From Nanobdellota archaeon (lineage in GTDB: Archaea > Nanobdellota > Nanobdellia > Pacearchaeales > GW2011-AR1), in assembly GCA_023397215.1 (NCBI GenBank), contig JAEWUG010000032.1, positions 1,514 through 65,513 of the forward strand: a stretch of DNA of 64,000 bases, in the 5' to 3' direction. Under the pieces are notes generated by a model. That model was not told where the DNA came from. It searched no databases and saw only the letters and a program-made list of their open reading frames with translations. The position numbers and the translations under genes were made by a program. Below are positions 56,892 to 64,000 of this stretch, in pieces. Within the stretch, counting starts at the first letter, position 1. The number at the start of each line of letters is the position of its first letter.

Positions 56892-58952
56892 TTAAACTCG
56901 ATTTAATAAATCTTTTAGTTTTTCTTGATTTTTAGATTTATCTTTTAATTCTTCTAATTTATAAAAATCTTTTCCTTGAAATGTTAATCTTTGTTCTTTT
57001 TTTATTTCTCCTAAGTTTTTTCTCCGCATTTTTGATGTTAATAAAACATCTTGTTTAGATAAAGTAGATGTCTTTTGAGCTAAACTAATTGTATCTTCTA
57101 TTGTTGTATACTCTAGAATATTTTGTTTTCTTAATGAAACTAAATCACCATTATTAACACCAATACCAAAGTCTATTTTATTTGAATGTGTTTTATTAAA
57201 TTCGTTTAATAATCTTAATAATTTTAAACTAGAAGATAAGGCTAAAGAATCATTATTAAATGTTTTTGTAATTAAAGGTGAAAAAATTAAGTTAATAAAA
57301 TTCTCTTTAGAGTCTATAGCTACCTTACCCTCTGTTGAATCTTTGATTATTTGATTTAATTGTTCTAATGTAGATTCACCAAGGTTTTCTAAATTTTTTA
57401 GATGAATAGATATTATTGTAGACATAATTTTATCTGCATTTAGAACTAAACTAGACTTTGCAATATAAGCTGTTGAATTAGGTGTTAATTTAATAATTCC
57501 TTCATTATCTTTTTTTTGTTGATTTTCTCTTTTTAGTGGTTTAGTTAATATAAACCATTTTTTGATTTTATTAAAAAAGTGTTCATTAGAATCAGATTTC
57601 ATTTTTTTATTTGAATCTTTTTTAATAGAACTGCCACCTTTAGAAATCTTATACCTAAAATAAAAGATTAATCCCACAATTAAAATTATTAATAATATCC
57701 ATAAAAAAGAAAAATTTAAATTTATCCAGGATACTTTATTTTCATCTTTAATATCAATAGCATTTCCTGTTAAAAAAGCTGAACGTTGTATTGTTTCTCC
57801 ATTATTAGAATCTATTGCAATATCATACTCTCCGTCAGGTGCATAAAGAGTATATGTTTTTTGTTCTCCTTGTTTTAAAGAAATATCTAATTTTTTTATT
57901 TCTCCTCCAATTGACAAATTTAAAATATTATTATAAGGAGAATTACCATTATTTTTTATAATTAAGGTACTTCCTTCGAAAAAATAATCTAATTTAGGTA
58001 ATTCTTTTATTTCAAAATTTGCTTCTTTAGAGAGTAAATTTTCATAAGCACTATATACCTTCCAAATACCTGCTGAAGAATTTGAACTTGTATTAATTTC
58101 GAAAAATTCATTGGATTGGATATTATAAGAAAAAGATTCTTTTGTTGGTGATTCTAATGTAACTAAAATTTCATTGTTAATATTATTATTTGTTTGATCT
58201 AAAAGCGAAGGATAAATTCTTATTTGCTCTTCTGGATTTATTTCATTTTTTGAGATGCTTATTTCTAATTTAGTGGGTTTTTGATTTATATAAAACTCTA
58301 ATTGAATATTATCTTGGTTTAAAATAGAAGAATTTTTATCTAAGTCATAAATTTTTATGTTCAATTTATGATTCCCAAATTTTTGGTTTTCTACAATATT
58401 TATTTTTAATTGCGAAATCCCCTGAATAATTTCTCCTTTAGTTGAATAAAAGTTAGAAGTTTCATAAAAACCATTTAAAAGTTCATTATTCATTTTATTT
58501 GCTTGAATATCTAAGATTATTTCTTCACCAGGATTATATTTTTGTTTATTTAATTTAACATTTAAATCTAATTTTTCAGTGATTTTGAATTCTTTTGTTT
58601 TTGCTTGTAGTGAATTTATTGAAGCTATAATTTTACATGTTCCAACAATCTCTTGAAGATTATTTATTTCTAAATCTTCTTTTGTTAAAGTTTTATAAGG
58701 TATAGAATAATACTGATCTCTATCTTTAGAAAAAGCCCTTGCAGAAATTCTCAATAAATTATAATTTTGGTTATTACAAACAAGATCTATATTCAAATTT
58801 CCTTCATCAGAACCTCTAATTCCTTCTAATGAAACATATAATTTATCACCCAAATTATAAACTTCTTCAGGTTCACTAATTGTTAATTGAGCTAATGAAA
58901 AATTAATTAAAAAAATAAGACTTAAGAATGTAAATATTAATTTGTATTTCAT
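56892..58952 (-). CDS. Single-pass membrane receptor-like protein: signal peptide, about 400-aa extracellular beta-rich domain, TM, cytoplasmic class III nucleotidyl cyclase-like (possibly degenerate) domain
   Basis: Signal peptide MKYKLIFTFLSLIFLINFSLAQ; TM helix WINLNFSFLWILLIILIVGLIFYF. Cytoplasmic segments KIDFGIGVNNGDLV and EYTTIEDTISLAQKTS resemble the cyclase-homology R[IV]GIHTGxV and YDVWGDTVNxASRMES signatures, but the first metal-binding Asp position seems to be replaced. Confidence 0.4.
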   Translation of the reverse strand: MKYKLIFTFLSLIFLINFSLAQLTISEPEEVYNLGDKLYVSLEGIRGSDEGNLNIDLVCNNQNYNLLRISARAFSKDRDQYYSIPYKTLTKEDLEINNLQEIVGTCKIIASINSLQAKTKEFKITEKLDLNVKLNKQKYNPGEEIILDIQANKMNNELLNGFYETSNFYSTKGEIIQGISQLKINIVENQKFGNHKLNIKIYDLDKNSSILNQDNIQLEFYINQKPTKLEISISKNEINPEEQIRIYPSLLDQTNNNINNEILVTLESPTKESFSYNIQSNEFFEINTSSNSSAGIWKVYSAYENLLSKEANFEIKELPKLDYFFEGSTLIIKNNGNSPYNNILNLSIGGEIKKLDISLKQGEQKTYTLYAPDGEYDIAIDSNNGETIQRSAFLTGNAIDIKDENKVSWINLNFSFLWILLIILIVGLIFYFRYKISKGGSSIKKDSNKKMKSDSNEHFFNKIKKWFILTKPLKRENQQKKDNEGIIKLTPNSTAYIAKSSLVLNADKIMSTIISIHLKNLENLGESTLEQLNQIIKDSTEGKVAIDSKENFINLIFSPLITKTFNNDSLALSSSLKLLRLLNEFNKTHSNKIDFGIGVNNGDLVSLRKQNILEYTTIEDTISLAQKTSTLSKQDVLLTSKMRRKNLGEIKKEQRLTFQGKDFYKLEELKDKSKNQEKLKDLLNRV

Positions 58953-59003
58953 AATATAATTGATTAAAAATAGTATTTAAACATTATTAAAATAAAGAAT
59001 AAA

Positions 59004-60404
59004 TTAACCTTTAATCACTGCTAAAGGAACTAATTTTGCTATCTTCTTTGAAAGATTTAACTTATCACAAACATTTACTACTTCTTCAATATCTTTATAT
59101 GCTTCGGGGGCTTCATCAATAATATCTTTAATAGAATTTGTTTTTAATTGAATATTTTTTTTATTTAAATCATTTAAAATTTTTTGTGGACTTAAAATTT
59201 GTTTTGCTTTGGTTCTACTTAAAACTCTTCCAGCACCGTGAGCTGTTGTAGAAAAAGAAAGTTCTTCACTTTTATTGGTTCCTACTAAAATATATGACGC
59301 AGTTCCCATTGATCCGGGGATTATAACTGGTTGACCTGTATTTTGATATTTAAATGGTAATTTTTTTGATGGGCCAAAACTTCTAGTTGCACCTTTTCTA
59401 TGAATACAAACAGTTTTAATTTGATTATTTATTTTATGTTCTTCAAATTTAGCAATATTATGACAAATATCATAAAGTAAAACATTTTTAGAATTTGGAA
59501 ACTCGGCTTGTAAAATTTCTCTAATTTTATGCATAATTATTTGTCTATTTGCAAATGCAAAATTTACTGCACAATTCATTGCAGAAAGATAATCTTTAGC
59601 TAATTTTGAATCTAATTCTGCATAAGCTAATTGTTTATCTTTTAATTCTGGATTTTGCATTTTTTGAATATAATCTGAAGCAATTTGATGGCCTAATCCT
59701 CTAGAGCCACAATGGATCATAATACAGATGTTATCTTTTTCTAAATCAAAAACATTTGCAATTTTAGAATCAAATATTTCTGAGATTTTTTGAATTTCAA
59801 TAAAGTGATTACCAGAACCTAATGTTCCTAATTGAGGTTTCCCTCTTTTTTTTGCTCTTAATGAAACTTTAGAAGGATCTGCATTTTTTATTTTTCCATT
59901 TTCTTCACAATATTCCAAATCTTGTGCTATTCCAAATCCTTTTTTGATAGCATATTCTGCACCATAAACCAAATAATTATCAAGTTCTTTTTCATCTAAT
60001 TTTAAATTATGTTCTTGACCTAACCCTGATGGGATTTTATTGTAAATTTGATTTAGAATTTCTTGTTTTTTTAATAAAAATTCTTTTTCTTTAATGTTTG
60101 TTAATAAAACTCTAACACCACAATTAATATCAAAACCTACTCCTCCAGGAGAAACAATACCTTTTTCTAAATCAAAAGCAGCAACACCACCAATACAAAA
60201 ACCATAACCTTCATGAATATCGGGCATTGCAAGAGAATAATTAATTATTCCAGGTAATTTTGAAACATTAACTACTTGATTTAAACTATTATCTTCTTTA
60301 ATTTTATCTAAAATTTTTTTTGATGCAAATATCCTACAAGGTACATTCATATCATCTTGTTTTTCTATTTCCCAAATAAAGTCATTAATTTTTGTTATAT
60401 TCAT
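59004..60404 (-). CDS. rtcB: RNA-splicing ligase RtcB
   Basis: SPGGVGFDINCGVRVL, GSRGLGHQIASDY and TTAHGAGRV conserved metal/GMP-binding motifs. Confidence 0.9.
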   Translation of the reverse strand: MNITKINDFIWEIEKQDDMNVPCRIFASKKILDKIKEDNSLNQVVNVSKLPGIINYSLAMPDIHEGYGFCIGGVAAFDLEKGIVSPGGVGFDINCGVRVLLTNIKEKEFLLKKQEILNQIYNKIPSGLGQEHNLKLDEKELDNYLVYGAEYAIKKGFGIAQDLEYCEENGKIKNADPSKVSLRAKKRGKPQLGTLGSGNHFIEIQKISEIFDSKIANVFDLEKDNICIMIHCGSRGLGHQIASDYIQKMQNPELKDKQLAYAELDSKLAKDYLSAMNCAVNFAFANRQIIMHKIREILQAEFPNSKNVLLYDICHNIAKFEEHKINNQIKTVCIHRKGATRSFGPSKKLPFKYQNTGQPVIIPGSMGTASYILVGTNKSEELSFSTTAHGAGRVLSRTKAKQILSPQKILNDLNKKNIQLKTNSIKDIIDEAPEAYKDIEEVVNVCDKLNLSKKIAKLVPLAVIKG

Positions 60405-60441
60405 TTTATTTTAAAGAAAAAAGATTATATAAGGTTGATTA

Positions 60442-60855
60442 CTAAACATCTAAAACACAAGTAATCAACCAGAAATTATTTTGTTTTTTTACTTCTAAAT
60501 CATTGTATGTTATTGCCTTAACTTTATTATTAATATTGTATTTTTGATTATCGTCTCCTCTGAGAATACATTCTAATTTAAAATTATTCTTATCAATTTT
60601 TAAATTATGTATTGTTTCAGTTATAAAATTTTGAGAATCTAATAAAAATAAAAATTCTTCGAGAAATTTGTATAAAAGATTTTCAAGATTATTTGATTTG
60701 ATTTTTATTTTTTTTAATTTATTAAAACTAATCTTTTTATCTTCTTTTATTATATTTAAAAGGGCATATGCAGAATCTTTAAATGTTTTATTTAAGGTTT
60801 TAGATTTAGCTACAAATTTAATATCAGCAGTATGTTCTAAAAAAGTATAATTCAT
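60442..60855 (-). CDS. Archease (RtcB activator)
   Basis: MNYTFLEHTADIKFVAKSKTLNKTFKDSAYALLNII matches the archease N-terminal signature; 137 aa, immediately downstream of rtcB. Confidence 0.85.
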   Translation of the reverse strand: MNYTFLEHTADIKFVAKSKTLNKTFKDSAYALLNIIKEDKKISFNKLKKIKIKSNNLENLLYKFLEEFLFLLDSQNFITETIHNLKIDKNNFKLECILRGDDNQKYNINNKVKAITYNDLEVKKQNNFWLITCVLDV

Positions 60856-60889
60856 AAATAAAAGAAATTTATTTAATTTAAATAATTAG

Positions 60890-61516
60890 TTATTTTAAGA
60901 CTTTCCCGGTCTCCATATACCATAAATATAAATCTAATCTTGCAAGGTCTAATTTTGTTTTTAATGAAATTTCTTTAAGGATATTTTCTATTTCTAAATA
61001 TTTTCTAGGGGTTAAACTTTTTAATTCTGAAATGAGATTATATTTAACTAAAATATTAATTATATGAAAATCAATTATTGCTAAATTTTTGTAACCAATA
61101 TTCCTTAAAAAATGACTTGCTTCTTTTAATCCTAAACCTTGAATATTTTTTACAATCCAATTTCTAAGAATTTGTTCATTTTTTTCTAATTTTAATAGTT
61201 TAATTAAATCTTTTTTTTTATTTCGTGCAAGAATAATTCTTTTAGCTCTTTGTTCCCAAAAACGATGTCCATATTCTTTTAATTCTAAAGCTAATTTTTG
61301 TTCATTAGAATATAAGAAATCTTTAGATAAATTATTTTGCATTTCTATAGACTTATCTGCCTTAAAATTTGCTGTTAAAAGACAAAAACATAATTCTGAG
61401 AAAATTTTATCTGGACTTTTTATTTTTTCAAATTCTGAAATTCTTTGTTCGATTAAACTTTTGATAGAAGATTTTTTTAAAAAATCAATTTTTAAGATTA
61501 AATCATTCTTTTTCAT
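60890..61516 (-). CDS. ogg: N-glycosylase/DNA lyase, HhH-GPD family (archaeal Ogg-like)
   Basis: HhH motif IQGLGLKEASHFLRNIGYKNLAIIDFHI; 208 aa. Confidence 0.65.
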   Translation of the reverse strand: MKKNDLILKIDFLKKSSIKSLIEQRISEFEKIKSPDKIFSELCFCLLTANFKADKSIEMQNNLSKDFLYSNEQKLALELKEYGHRFWEQRAKRIILARNKKKDLIKLLKLEKNEQILRNWIVKNIQGLGLKEASHFLRNIGYKNLAIIDFHIINILVKYNLISELKSLTPRKYLEIENILKEISLKTKLDLARLDLYLWYMETGKVLK

Positions 61517-61517
61517 A

Positions 61518-61910
61518 TTAATTTAATGTTGTTTCCCAAAGACCATGTAAATTACAATAAGTTCTTATTCTTTCTATATCTACAAGTTTTATATTTGAAA
61601 CAGAAGTTATTGGTTTTTCATCAAAATTTAAAGTCCTTCTAATTGTTTTATTTTTTGTTTGTATTTCAATCCATTCAATATGATGTTCATTTGTCATAGG
61701 ATGTTCTATTTCTCCAACCTGTATTTTAATGCTATCATCTTCTTGAGAAATAATGGGTAAATGTTTTTCTTCTAAACCTTGTTCTTGTTTCTTTTCGATT
61801 AACAAATCCATTTTTTGACCACAACAAACTAATTCTCCAGGTCCTGAATGTAAAACTTCTACGATATTACCACAAACCTTACATTTGTAAATTTCTTTTA
61901 ATTTTGTCAT
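61518..61910 (-). CDS. dfx: Desulfoferrodoxin / superoxide reductase (2Fe type)
   Basis: N-terminal desulforedoxin-like YKCKVCGNIVEV...CCGQKM and C-terminal HPMTNEHHIEWIE centre II motifs. Confidence 0.8.
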   Translation of the reverse strand: MTKLKEIYKCKVCGNIVEVLHSGPGELVCCGQKMDLLIEKKQEQGLEEKHLPIISQEDDSIKIQVGEIEHPMTNEHHIEWIEIQTKNKTIRRTLNFDEKPITSVSNIKLVDIERIRTYCNLHGLWETTLN

Positions 61911-61934
61911 TTTTTATTTTTATTTTTTTAATTA

Positions 61935-62531
61935 TTAATAATTCTCACACAATAATTCATAATGAGCTCTTGGATGTTTACAAGCAGGACATTCTTCAGG
62001 AGCTTGATTACCTTCATGAACATATCCACAATTTCTACATTTCCATCTTACAACAGTATCTTTTTTAAAAACAGAATTTTCCTTAATATTTTTATATATT
62101 TTTCTATATCTTTTTTCATGTTCTTCTTCTACTTCAGCTATTTCCTTAAATGAATCTGCAATCTCTTCAAAACCTTCTTCTCTAGCTATTTTTTCAAATT
62201 CAGGATATAATTCTCCCCATTCTTCTTTTTCTCCGTCTGCAGCAGCTTTCAAATTATCAAGAGTTGTTGAAATTAATCCTGAAGGATATCTTGCTGTAAT
62301 TTCTAAAGCTTCTCCATTTCCTTCTTTTAAATATTTAAAAAAAATCTTAGCATGTTCTTTTTCATTATCTGCTGTTTCATTAAAGATAGCTGAAATTTGT
62401 TCATAACCTTCTTTTTTTGCAACTGATGCAAAATAGGTATATCTATTTCTTGCTTGACTTTCACCAGCAAAAGATTTTAATAAATTTTTTTCTGTTTCAC
62501 TTCCTTTTAATTCCATATGTATAGAATCCAC
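61935..62531 (-). CDS. rbr: Rubrerythrin
   Basis: Ferritin-like diiron ExxH motifs (EKEHAKIFF, EEEHEKRY) and a C-terminal rubredoxin-like CRNCGY...CPACKHP. Confidence 0.85.
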   Translation of the reverse strand: MDSIHMELKGSETEKNLLKSFAGESQARNRYTYFASVAKKEGYEQISAIFNETADNEKEHAKIFFKYLKEGNGEALEITARYPSGLISTTLDNLKAAADGEKEEWGELYPEFEKIAREEGFEEIADSFKEIAEVEEEHEKRYRKIYKNIKENSVFKKDTVVRWKCRNCGYVHEGNQAPEECPACKHPRAHYELLCENY

Positions 62532-62567
62532 TAAAGGTTTTTATATCTTTTTGTATACTGTATTTTA

Positions 62568-63356
62568 ATGAAAAATATTTCATGTGATCTTATAGGAAAC
62601 ATTGCTATTTTAAACTTTAAAAGAAATACTTTTTTTTTAAAGAAAAAAATAAATGCATATATTTTACTTAGAAAGAATACAAACATTAAAACAATTTTAG
62701 AAAAAAAAGAAAAAATAGAAGGAATTTTAAGAATTCCAAAATTAAAATTTTTAGCTGGTAAGAAAGATTATGAAACATATTATAAAGAAAATAATTGTTT
62801 ATTCAAATTTAATGTAAAAGAAACTTATTTCTCTCCTCGTTTGAGTAATGAAAGAAATAGAATTAGTGAAGAAGTATTAAACTTATCTAAAAAAATTAAA
62901 AATCCTAGAATTTTAGTTATGTTTGCAGGAGTATATCCTTATCCAATTGTTCTTGCAAAAAAATTAAAATTGAACAAGATAAAAGCAAAAATTTATGTTA
63001 ATGAATTAAACAAAAAAGCAAATTTTTATGGAAAAGAAAATATTAAATTAAATAAAGTTGATGATTATATTCAAATTTGTGAAGGAGATGCTAAAGATTT
63101 ACCAAAAAAATTAAATCAAAAATTTGATATTATTCTAATGCCTCGTCCTAATTTGGAAGAAACTTTTTTGGATATTTGTTTAAAGTTATCCAAAAAGGGT
63201 ACAAAAGTATTTTATCATGGATTTGGTAAAAAAGAAGAGGTTATTAATGAAATTGAAAAAAAATTAAAGGGAAAATATCAAAACTTTGTAATAAGAAAAG
63301 CAGGAGATATTGCACCTTATAAATATAGGTGGCAAGTTAATTTTAGTATCAAATAA
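62568..63356 (+). CDS. Class I SAM-dependent methyltransferase, Trm5/Taw2 (TYW2)-like
   Basis: ILVMFAGVYPYPIVLAKK resembles the Trm5/Taw2 D/V-x-FAGVGPF SAM-binding motif; the overall 262-aa size fits. Confidence 0.45.
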   Translation: MKNISCDLIGNIAILNFKRNTFFLKKKINAYILLRKNTNIKTILEKKEKIEGILRIPKLKFLAGKKDYETYYKENNCLFKFNVKETYFSPRLSNERNRISEEVLNLSKKIKNPRILVMFAGVYPYPIVLAKKLKLNKIKAKIYVNELNKKANFYGKENIKLNKVDDYIQICEGDAKDLPKKLNQKFDIILMPRPNLEETFLDICLKLSKKGTKVFYHGFGKKEEVINEIEKKLKGKYQNFVIRKAGDIAPYKYRWQVNFSIK

Positions 63357-64000
63357 TTAATTTGAATTATGTAAGTATTCATGAATTGCATAAGCTGCAG
63401 TTGCTCCTTGTGCTGACGAAGTTATTAATTGTTTTAATGGTTCATCAGTAATATCTCCAGCAGCATAAATTCCCGGAAGATTTGTTTGCATTTTTTTGTT
63501 TACTTTGATATAGCCGTCTTCATTACAATGAACTCCTAATTCTTTTGCTAAATTTGAAGAGGGTATAGAACCAATCTCAATAAAAATTCCATTAGTTTTT
63601 ATTATTTGTTCTTCTCCTTTTTGTGTTTTAATCTTTATTGCTTCAACATTTTTATCCCCAATTATTTCTAAAGGAACTGAATTATAAATAACTTTAATAT
63701 TTTCTTTTAAGTCTATTTTATTTAAATAAATAGCTTCACATCTTAATTTTTGTTTTCTATAAAGAACAGTTACATTATTTGCAATTTCAGATAAATAAAG
63801 TGCTGCTTTTGCAGCAGTATCATTACCCCCAATAATGATAGCATCTTTATTTTTGTAAAACATTCCATCACAAGTAACACAATAACTAACTCCTCTCCCA
63901 ATTAATTCATTCTCTTTTGGAATGTTTAATTTTTTGTGTAAAGATCCATTTGCAAAAATAACTGTCTTAGAATTAAAAATATTTTTTTCTGTGAAAACAG
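63357..64000 (-). CDS. trxB: Thioredoxin reductase-like flavoprotein (N-terminus beyond window end)
   Basis: Reading upstream in frame from the listed Met gives ...GRGVSYCVTCDGMFYKNKD..., i.e. the CxxC redox-active site, so the true start lies past 64000. The C-terminal part has GIYAAGDI and the NAD(P)-binding region. Confidence 0.7.
   Translation of the reverse strand, partial: VFTEKNIFNSKTVIFANGSLHKKLNIPKENELIGRGVSYCVTCDGMFYKNKDAIIIGGNDTAAKAALYLSEIANNVTVLYRKQKLRCEAIYLNKIDLKENIKVIYNSVPLEIIGDKNVEAIKIKTQKGEEQIIKTNGIFIEIGSIPSSNLAKELGVHCNEDGYIKVNKKMQTNLPGIYAAGDITDEPLKQLITSSAQGATAAYAIHEYLHNSN

Noticed and set aside
1-64000. rRNA operon or CRISPR array in this window
   Set aside because: No long GC-rich conserved rRNA-like stretch and no repeat-spacer structure. 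The only GC islands are two tRNAs, the 39.03-kb hairpin, and patches inside the integrase region.

Overview
This is an AT-rich (roughly 25-30% GC by eye), gene-dense archaeal window that looks DPANN-like, coding on both strands. Most of it is core informational and housekeeping genes. Replication and repair genes: MCM, Cdc48, archaeal DnaG, a type IA topoisomerase, RadB, ScpA, Ogg, endonuclease IV. Translation genes: Gly- and Val-tRNA ligases, GatB, GatE, aIF5A, and ribosomal proteins L1, L10, P1, S2, S24e, S27ae, L40e, L41e. tRNA and RNA maturation genes: TYW1, Cbf5, EndA, Kae1, RtcB with archease, and a Trm5/Taw2-like methyltransferase. Also present are RNAP subunits E' and Spt4, a thermosome, and a bacterial-type DnaK-DnaJ-GrpE operon. 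Two tRNA genes were found: tRNA-Gln(CUG) on the minus strand at 18101-18173 and tRNA-Glu(UUC) on the plus strand at 42302-42374. The two small ribosomal protein genes L41e and L40e are missing from the ORF track. Accessory content: many class-III-signal-peptide (type IV pilin-like) Cys-rich secreted proteins, a FlaI/PilB-like pilus ATPase locus next to a MacB/FtsX-type ABC exporter, and a likely integrated element. That element sits immediately downstream of tRNA-Glu (about 42.2-48.4 kb). It carries a GC-richer tyrosine integrase, an Arch_ATPase/DUF234 gene with palindromic operators, a ~32-copy decapeptide tandem-repeat protein, and a second signal peptidase-like gene. Other observations are a membrane receptor-like protein with a degenerate class III nucleotidyl-cyclase-like cytoplasmic domain, an RHH regulator with an upstream palindrome, an operator-like palindrome between grpE and a divergent wHTH regulator, a GC-rich structured hairpin at 39.03 kb, and a co-oriented oxidative-stress cluster (Ogg, desulfoferrodoxin, rubrerythrin, thioredoxin reductase). 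No rRNA genes and no CRISPR arrays were seen.
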